Source: Alloascoidea hylecoeti
Lineage: Eukaryota
Assembly: GCA_001600815.1 (NCBI GenBank)
Contig: BCKZ01000010.1
Coordinates: 1-64,000 of the forward strand
Direction of reading: 5' to 3'
DNA: 64,000 nt
Position numbers and translations under genes: made by a program. The notes under the pieces were generated by a model that was not told where the DNA came from, ran no database searches, and worked only from the letters and a program-made list of their open reading frames with translations. Numbering within the stretch: position 1 is the stretch's first letter; each line of letters starts with the position of its first letter. This document shows positions 50,216 to 59,119 of this stretch, piece after piece.

Positions 50216-51411
50216 AAGTATTATATTAAAATTACTATCAATCAACATCACAGAAAAAAAGAAAATTTAAAATTATTATTACAATCATCTAATTATTATA
50301 TTTATTAGAAACATGAAATATCTGAAGTTGAAGAAAACTTCCCAGAATCACTTCGAGAACAAATGGTGAAAAGAAACAATCATATTGTCAATATAGAGTT
50401 ATGTTAATAAAAGGAAGTGTTGAAACAACTGTTAATGAAAATGAAGTTACAAGAGATCGTAAAGTTTTTACAAAATGGTATATGAAAACTTTTATAAAAT
50501 TAACCGTTAAAAGAGATTTAAAAGCTGGTTCACCACGGTTAATTTGTGATAAATATGCAAATAAATATCGTATTGATCAAACTTTACCAGCACATTTATT
50601 AAAAATCAACACAATTACAAAAATTACATAAAAAAGAGCAAAAATTAAAGGCAAGAGAAATTGCAAAAGGTGAATTAAAAAAGAAAAAAATTGCAGAAAA
50701 TGCTGCAAAATTTGCTGCAATTTTAAATAATAATGATTTAAGTGATATTCATTATTATTCTTTAAATACAACAAAAAATAATGATTTAACAAATGAATTA
50801 TTAACAAATGGAAAATTAATTTTTTCTTCATCTGCTTATAAAAATGAAAATGAAAATGAAAATGAAAATGGATGAGAATAGAAAATCAAACAGTAACGGA
50901 GAGGCTAATGATAGTGATGCCGATGATGAAACTGAAAACGAAACACAAAATGAAGAAATTGAAAATGATAATCAAAATGAAGATGAAGATGATTCAATTC
51001 AAACTGAAATTAAAAACAATCGAAAATGGAAAAGTAAACTTCGTTCATTAATAAATAACAAAAAATATGATTGGAAAGATCGATTAATGAATCGTGATTT
51101 TAAAGATGGTAGTTGGCAAGCAGGTATATTAGATTTAATATCATATGTTGAAGAATGGTCAAAAACATGTCTATAATTTTCTTTAATATTACTTTATTTG
51201 AAAGTAAAGTTATATAAATTAATTTTTTAAAATGTCGTAAAGGAATTAAATCAGATAATTCAGATAAATTATTTGAAGATAACCCTAAAGTTTGTAAATT
51301 TGGTAAAGAAAATGCCATATTTTCTTCAATCTCACATATTCTGCTACGAGAGATAAGAAGAGTTTTCAAATGTGGTAAAGAAGGAAAATTACCTAAAAAC
51401 AAAATATCATT
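50206..51411 (+). pseudogene. Collapsed segmental duplicate of ITC1-LEA1 (source 40601-45271)
   Basis: Near-identical collinear blocks matching 40601-40754 (including intron 3), ~40931-41510, ~42183-42490 and ~45028-45271. Confidence 0.97.
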
Positions 51412-52599
51412 TTATGAGAAATATAAGGGACATAAAGGATTGGGTTTATTAGAAGTATGTAGCTATGTAAGACTTATATTTGTTGCTTCATAGTAGAAAA
51501 ATATGTAAGTCTGGCTAGAATTATCAAAGAATATCAAATAATTAGCTATTTAACAAACACCATTCCAATTCAGAATAAATATGGCCTATACAATATTTCA
51601 AATTTACAATATTATAAATAAACATATTTATATTGATATATATATCTAATATAATATTTCAAATTATTAATACAAAATTTCAAATAAATATAATTAATAT
51701 ATAAATTACTTTAATCCACCATCATTAATACAATACGTGATAATGAATCAAAGCAATATAGAAAGTGAAACACTAGTTGATAAATATTCAAATAACACCA
51801 AACAAATAGCATATTTAACCGCTACTGTTTTCGACCACTTGCGCACCGTTATAATCTAGGACTTTAAATTTCTAGAAGAACGCTTTCAACCAGGACTCCT
51901 TCAGAAAATATCAGCCTTCAATATCCCCTCGGGAAAGACCTAGAATTCCTGCTATAGTAGCGACCACATCAATTCCTACTTTCAATTTTAAAGAAAGCAC
52001 CTACTACACTTAAAATGATATGTGATGAGTATAAATACCCATGTCGAGAGCCTTTATCAATCGAGTAACTAGATCAAAGATATAAGGCAAAGTGGAGAAT
52101 GAGGGCTGATATTTGTAAGAAATATTCACGCAGAAAAAAAACTACACATCCATGATTATGGGTATTTCTAAAGCCCTTACTGAGACTAGATGTTTGCAGC
52201 TATTGGAAAGGAAGTTAATTCCAGATGAGCTGAAGTAGGACACGAATATATTTCATATTTTATATTTTTTGTTTGTATATTTTTTTTTATATTGAAGGTG
52301 ATATTTATATAGTAAATATTTATAATAATGTAGGTGTATAACGATCTTCAGAAAGTTAGTTTTTAAAATGTAAAATAGTGCTATTTAAATTCAAGTCTAC
52401 GCAATTAGATATTTGTATTATAAATGGGTGGTATATTTAACCTGCGCGCGGGTCTTACACACATGTGTGTGAACATACAGCCGCAGAGGTCTGAAAGTTT
52501 GTTAGGTAAAAAGTCAAATTTTTCTGGGACGATATAAGTATTTATATAGTAGCTACGCTTACCCGGATTAACAGTTTATGATCTATAAAACAGAAATGT

Positions 52600-52646
52600 A
52601 GTAACAAAAAGTGTAACAAAAAGTGTAACAAAAAGTGTAACAAAAG
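52600..52646 (+). repeat. 12-bp tandem repeat (gtaacaaaaagt) about x4
   Basis: Direct reading; lies just 3' of the hydrolase stop codon. Confidence 0.9.
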
Positions 52647-52661
52647 TATTGAATATCAATT

Positions 52662-54101
52662 CTATTTTTTGCCCCATCCAAGAAATGAAAGAACTAAATC
52701 ATCAAATTTTCTTGGATTATCTAAAAAAACATTATGTCCAGCTCCATTTAAAATTTCAATTTTTGCTGAATCTTTTTGATTTTTATTCATTTCATTAACT
52801 GCAATTTTACCAGCTTCTGAATTCATCCAATCAACATCGCCATACATCCATAAAGTTTTGGATTTTAATTGTGATACTTTATCTAATATTGGTGATCTTG
52901 CTAATACACCAGGTGCTAATAATCTTGTTATAGCATATTCACCACTGGCTTTTCCGGTAAATGATTTGTATGTGTATGAATGTAATGCTTCAATTTCTGA
53001 TATGCTACGGGAATCATGAGGTTCAGTCTTTAAATATTTACCAAATCTATAATATGTCCAATTAGAAACAAGTTTGGGTCCAATAGGTCCTAATAATCGT
53101 ATCACAGATAGCGGAGAGATGTGTCTATTCCAAGCAGTTATGAACCAGCTTGGAATTTTATCTAAACGTCCAATATATTGATAAGAAGAAGGATCTTCAG
53201 AAGGTTGCAATTCAACACGTTTCTTATCCTCTTTAGTTGATAAATCATGAAACGAAGGAGCGCTTAAAGAATATGGACTTCTTTCAACACCCATAGGAGA
53301 TGCTAGAATTAATTTATCAACACGTTCTGGATGTTTTAAAGCATATGAAACAGCAAGATAACCACCCATTGAATGGCCTAATAGACTAAATTTATCTATA
53401 TCTTTAGCTTTCCTCCATTCTTCAATTTGATCAACAAACCAATCTTCAGTTTTAGTTACCATTTTTTTTGTTTCATTTTTTGATTTTTCAAAATCATCTG
53501 GATTTAAATAATATTTTGATTCATTAGAATAATGAATTTTAGTAGAAATTTCACCAGATTCAAGATTTTCTAAATTTGGTTGCTTTTCTTCTTGTTTTGG
53601 AGGTTGAACGATTTTGATTTGTGGGCTTGGCACAGAACCAACGTTGAACTTGTTTCGAGATGATAGACCATGGCCTGGTAAGTCTAAAGCAATGACCCTT
53701 GTATTGTTAAACTGTGATAAGGTAGGCAAGTTCCGATAATAAAATCCTAATGCGGCACCATAGCCATGAAGTAATACCAAATTATCCAGTTTTGATACAT
53801 CTGTAGACGAATCATTAGTGGAATTTATGATTTCGAATTCGTTTATCCAACTATCAGGCCCTGTAGGGATTTCATGAGACTCAGCCCTCCGTTTCCCATT
53901 AAGGTCCGGTTGTGGGTAGAATGGAAGAAGCGAGAGAACGCGATACTCGGCTTGTTTTAAAGAAGGAGATTTACACCACTGATGGAAGGATTGGGAGTAG
54001 GTTACGCGGGGCAGAATCGGAGCAGAAACAGTGGTTATGGAAGTTGAGGACATTATATTCTGAGCTCGAAAGAAAGTTAGAGAGGCTCCACGCACGGACA
54101 T
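52662..54101 (-). CDS. Alpha/beta-hydrolase of the Ict1/Ecm18/Cld1 (ABHD4/5) family, likely mitochondrial
   Basis: LHGYGAALGFYYRN, DLPGHGLSSR, nucleophile GHSMGG, MYGDVDWM and HX4D motif HNVFLD. Basic/hydroxylated N-terminus. Confidence 0.88.
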   Translation of the reverse strand: MSVRGASLTFFRAQNIMSSTSITTVSAPILPRVTYSQSFHQWCKSPSLKQAEYRVLSLLPFYPQPDLNGKRRAESHEIPTGPDSWINEFEIINSTNDSSTDVSKLDNLVLLHGYGAALGFYYRNLPTLSQFNNTRVIALDLPGHGLSSRNKFNVGSVPSPQIKIVQPPKQEEKQPNLENLESGEISTKIHYSNESKYYLNPDDFEKSKNETKKMVTKTEDWFVDQIEEWRKAKDIDKFSLLGHSMGGYLAVSYALKHPERVDKLILASPMGVERSPYSLSAPSFHDLSTKEDKKRVELQPSEDPSSYQYIGRLDKIPSWFITAWNRHISPLSVIRLLGPIGPKLVSNWTYYRFGKYLKTEPHDSRSISEIEALHSYTYKSFTGKASGEYAITRLLAPGVLARSPILDKVSQLKSKTLWMYGDVDWMNSEAGKIAVNEMNKNQKDSAKIEILNGAGHNVFLDNPRKFDDLVLSFLGWGKK

Positions 54102-54406
54102 GGCTGATTCTTATAATTCAAATTGCCACCATTTTGCAAGACCCTGTGCCGCTTTTAGCGGTGTTAACAATGCAATGCTTCTACAACTGTTAAATGTCAA
54201 ATTTTACAGTAATATTTATATTCTTCCTAGTTATATTCCACACTCTTTCAATAAAATTTTGTTATGATAGTCAATTATAAATTTATACTGCTTGAAACCC
54301 AAATATGTAGAAACCTCTTCTGTTGTACCATTTAAAACCGCTTTCAGGCTGCGAAATATGAACGAGCCACCTGCAGCCCTACATATTGTTCTCGTTATTG
54401 TTAACG

Positions 54407-54640
54407 TTACTTGGAATAAGTAAAATCAACCTCTCCTTCCATAAGTTGATTTTCTTCAGCAGCTCTTTCACAGGTACATTGATGGAATGGTCTTCTTCCA
54501 CAAGAACAGGTGTGTTCAGATTGAACATTTTCAACGCTAGCTCTAGAGCAATTGCAATCCATTGCTGCTCTGGCTCCACAAAAGCATCTTGCCGTTTTAG
54601 CACATGTACAGTTCTCACTTTTCCCATTACAGCAGGCCAT
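54407..54640 (-). CDS. CRD2: Crd2-type Cys-rich metallothionein-like copper-resistance protein
   Basis: Repeated CxC pattern, CNCSRASVEN, CSCGRR...CTC and C-terminal GEVDFT, as in Candida Crd2. Confidence 0.8.
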   Translation of the reverse strand: MACCNGKSENCTCAKTARCFCGARAAMDCNCSRASVENVQSEHTCSCGRRPFHQCTCERAAEENQLMEGEVDFTYSK

Positions 54641-56118
54641 GTTTAAATCTCAAAAAAATGTAATTTGAAGAAGGTGTTATGAATTGTTGTATCAAATATT
54701 AATAGTGTTTATTTGATTGATGATTCTTAAACGGAAGATGGGATATTTGATTGTTTTATAGTCGTATTGTATATCTCATGATAATAGGAGTGGACTTAGC
54801 GTTGATTAATCTCCACCAATAAACACTCTCATATTTATAAGCAGATGAGATAAATGCAATTATAAATAATTATAAGCACTGTATATATCCAAAATTATAT
54901 ATTTAACTTATTAATATCAGACACTACTAGTAATTGGCCTAAATATAAATTAAACTATGGGCCTAGGTACATGTATGATTTCAATATGATCTGTCTTTTT
55001 CGTACTATTTGAGATCTTTGCAATTGATATTGATTACAATTATATTTTACCAATATTAAACATATATCCAACATGGTACATTTCAGGTCACTCATCTTTT
55101 TTTTTCTTTTTTAATCAGAATTGACCCATGTAGATGATCAATTTAAAAGTAGATACTAGAATTATAGTAGATCTACAGCTGGGATATTGATTATGACATC
55201 AGGATTAGACATCAATAATTCTATATTTGCTATAATTAGTTTGTATCAAACCCTATAAGTTTAAACCTATAGCTATGTAATGTAAGTTAAATTACTAAAA
55301 TTACATTTATATACTGCATACTTTAGAGCCATTGAAATTGTAATTGATTTGTAGAACAATAATAAGATTGTTTACTATAAGAGCGTTTATTGTAAGGACC
55401 TTATAAATGTGGTAAGAGTTGCTATGTAAGAGTTACTATAGGCTTTAAACTAAAATCCAGTTTGAGTTTCGCAACATAACATAGTTGAAGTTTATTCATC
55501 ATTTCTCATAAAATTATAGAAATCTATTAATATTAATATTGCATAATTAAGTCGATCACAATACATCGATCTATAAGCGCTCTATAATAAAAAAAACTCC
55601 ATTTGCTACGCCGATCACCATTGTGATACAACTAAGAATGGCTCACAAATGTGGTTAGTTCTAAACCTAATACTTTGGATTAATTTAATTTCAGAGTAAA
55701 TAGATGACTCTAAAAGAAAAGTATTACATGTACTTTATTATTATGAGCAATTACAATATCAGATAGCTATAACTAGATAGATTTAAGAAAAATTCTTCTT
55801 ATTAATTGAAATTTAAGTATATTAAAGGATTCTCTCGAGCTCTACAGCGCGCTAACTAATTAACTTCAATTTTAATTGCAACCACCGCTTGAAATCTCTT
55901 TATAAAATTATTTAAAAGCAACATCTTTAAAAAGCAATATCTTTAAATTGAAGACTTCTAAGCCGTTGCTGCTATAGATCTGATATACCGTGTATCTATT
56001 CATATAATACTTAAAATACTTAAAGGTAGCGTCGTTGATTTATGCGATGTCTAGGCCTATAGGAAGCAACAATAATTTGTAGCGAATTATGGAACTACGA
56101 AATAAATTATTGATATCT

Positions 56119-56711
56119 TTACCTAGAAGCTTTAACTATTATTGGGAGAATCCCACCATTCTTGAAGTTGAAAGGTCGATGCCCAGTTACAGCTAGAATC
56201 CCATTTATCACATTAGGGTGACAAGTCACACTGATAAATAGATCCTCAATGTGTGTGTGTGTGTGTGTAAGAATCATTGTGTCCAAAGCCCATTTAAAAG
56301 ATGGACTAAGCCATACCTGTGATAATGGAACCCTCTTTTTAGTTGTTCTTTCCAGGAAACATTACATTTTAGGACTTCCTTCAGCCCAGTCTCGGTTAAT
56401 TCTGGATCCGGGCCAAAGGTAATTGACTTATAGTTAATTTTCAAGGCCCATTCCATGTTCCACTCTTTTTAGGAAGTGAAGTTACGCCACCCTTCTCCGT
56501 CACTTGCAAGAAACAGCATCCATCTTGTAAAATATTGACCTATCATCATTGTTGATAACTAGACTTTTGAAATTTTCGATTATGGTCTTCCAACACTAAA
56601 ATTTGAGTCGATATAATTAAAGCTGATATCATCAGTTGATTCATTGTCTTGACGAAAATAACCAGGTACTGATGTAAAACGCCAGCCACTTCTTTCTGCT
56701 TCCATTTTCAT
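56119..56711 (-). pseudogene. PMU1-like phosphomutase pseudogene, copy B (central region deleted)
   Basis: MKMEAERSGWRFTSVPG/YFRQD...LFLASDGEG (degenerate RHGEG)...GPDPELTETG...FKWALDT, then a (TG)n tract, then IEDLFISVTCHPNVINGILAVTGHRPFNFKNGGILPIIVKA, almost identical to copy A. Confidence 0.75.
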
Positions 56712-57659
56712 TACAATTTTAATAAGAGCTATATATCTGATCTCTTATATGTGTAAGTAGATCGCTAATAACCAAGTTAGAATAAGATATTCATATGTGT
56801 GTAATACACCTGTAGGAGACCAAAAAAAGAGAGGCATAATTATGCACCTTCTTAGTTCCGAATAATGCATGAATAACTGTAACAGATTAAAGAGGTTGTA
56901 CAGAATATTTAGTGCTTCAAGTGTCCGATTATTTTAGTGATCACATATCCGAATAATTAGTCCTCCAAGTATCCAATATTAAGTGAAAATGCTGTATCAG
57001 GCCATGTAATAATGAGTCCGTAGTAGAGTCCGTACTACAACGGTGACTAACTTAAGGGTTTATCTACGGACCCCTCCACTTTTGACTTAATGCAAGTTGG
57101 TGCTTTCGGTAAAATTTAAGCTATATTACATATCACTAGTCCTAAAGCATCAATATGCATTAAAAAATCATGTGCATATTTCTTGTTATGTGCAGTTCCC
57201 AAACAGGGAATTTCCAGATCGTTGATCCATCCCACTATGTATGCAGTGACAATTTCGGTGAGCCGCACCATATGCATAGTCAATCTCTCAAAAAATGTTC
57301 AAGTTCCCTGTATTCTACAAAACACTTTGATATTTACTTTTTAGTAAATAATTCTTATTGAGAGTTAATGTTACTTGCTTATCACTATTTTTTGAGGAAA
57401 TAAATATAACAGTGACATACATCATTGTAGGTAGACTTTCCCGAACCCGGATCCTGTACATACCGAATATTCCTTACTGATAACCGATCAACGGATATCA
57501 ATAGTTCGTTTCACATTCCATTGAGAGGTACGCATTGTGTAATATACAACTTTTCAAGAATTCGTCTTCCGATAAAGCATACCTATATGGTGAAGTGATA
57601 GCACTCGTTTTTTAATTATATAGGGACCTTTAAATCAAAACAATATCTACTGGAACATA

Positions 57660-59110
57660 ATCAGCGTTACTTCTATTGGTATTAGAACCACGAATGGCTT
57701 GTATTTTCACTAATACTTTTTTCAACACATTTATGCTTGGTACTTTTGATTGTGGATTTAACTTGATTTTAAATTCTATTTCATAAAATCTTGATAAGTA
57801 ACAGGTTTTAGAATTTGGAACTAGATAAGAACTTTAAGAAGATATTCTGATATTTAAAATTTTTTCATAAATGGTTTTATCCGTTTTAGGATCGTAGTCC
57901 GCTGTCCATCCATTCCAATTATGAATATCTTCTTTGTAACCAAGTTTACTATCACTGAAGTCATCCAAATTTAAAGTGTCCTCCGTATCAAATTTCACAG
58001 AACGACCAACAATATCATTAGCATCTCTAATCTTATATTCTAGAGAGTATTCTCTTAAATCCTTATATGTGTTTAAAGATAACTCGGACATTCCAATGGT
58101 AGTATGGACTTATAAGTGTGGTTCCACTAATGTGATAAGTGGCGGAGCCTCTGGTACTCCATCAATCAATCTTGGAGTAAAAATGAACTTCATCGGATAT
58201 ACCAAATATCTAGTCGGGTTAGTTGTTTAAGTCTTAAACCATACATAGGAGTATTACTTTTCTTTATAACCTCATAAACATCTGGGAATTTTTGAACAGG
58301 TTTTCTTAATTCTTCCTTTCGGATGTACTTTAAATTGTCATAAATTCCTCTGGCGAAAATAGAATTGGATTAGGACGAGGTGTGATCACTTTGATTGTTG
58401 ACATGGATTGATTCCTGGTGGAAAATATCTTTGGTTTCTCCGCTAGCCATTTAAAATGTTTATAAAAAAAATATAACTTCCCTATTTTAGAATCTATGTA
58501 ATGAATAGTTTTAAATTTCATGCTATCATTTGAATTTCCATAAATAATAGTAGCCGATATATATTTAGTCATATCGAGATACGATTGCAACAGGTAAGGA
58601 GAAAGTGCAGGATATGAAGGGATAATTTTAAAAGAACGATATGCCGTCATTGATTTAATTTGTTGTGTGTCTTCATGTTCATTATCAAGTGTAACACAAT
58701 TTTCGATTCTGGCTTCAAAATAATAAGTATTGCTAACATTGATATGTGGGCGATTATATTGTCGGAGAATATCATGCTTAAAATTATTAGTTAAAGCGTC
58801 AACTGCAGAGGTACGACACATATAAGATCGAGGCCTCCTCGTGAAATTGTCTACCTTGGAACCAAGATCACGGTTACGGTTCGGTTGGCAATTATTTGGT
58901 CTAAGAATGGAGTAGTGATGCATATTATTTTGAGAATATTTATTGATAATCATAGGATCATAATAGAAATTTCCTTCAAAACTAGGAGGTAATCGATTAT
59001 GGAGCTGGTTATCAAGGCATGGTTCCAATAGTTTCTCAGGAATAAAGGTAAATTTTATGAAATACCTCTTACAAGCTAAAGTAATAATTTTTGCAACCAT
59101 CAGTTCCAGT
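57660..59110 (-). pseudogene. Bul1-like (Rsp5 adaptor, arrestin-related) gene, frameshifted and 5'-truncated
   Basis: FTFIPEKLLEPC...HNRLPPSF, YYFEARI and YRSFKIIPSY, plus C-terminal LVPNSKTCYLSRFYEIEF, resemble Bul1 N and C domains. Split across several ORFs; the 5' end abuts the retrotransposon. Confidence 0.55.
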
Positions 59111-59119
59111 AGTTGTTTT

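Noticed and set aside
51412..52260. LTR plus gag-like start after the ITC1-LEA1 copy
   Set aside because: The layout is suggestive, but there is no matching second LTR, PBS or protein motif.
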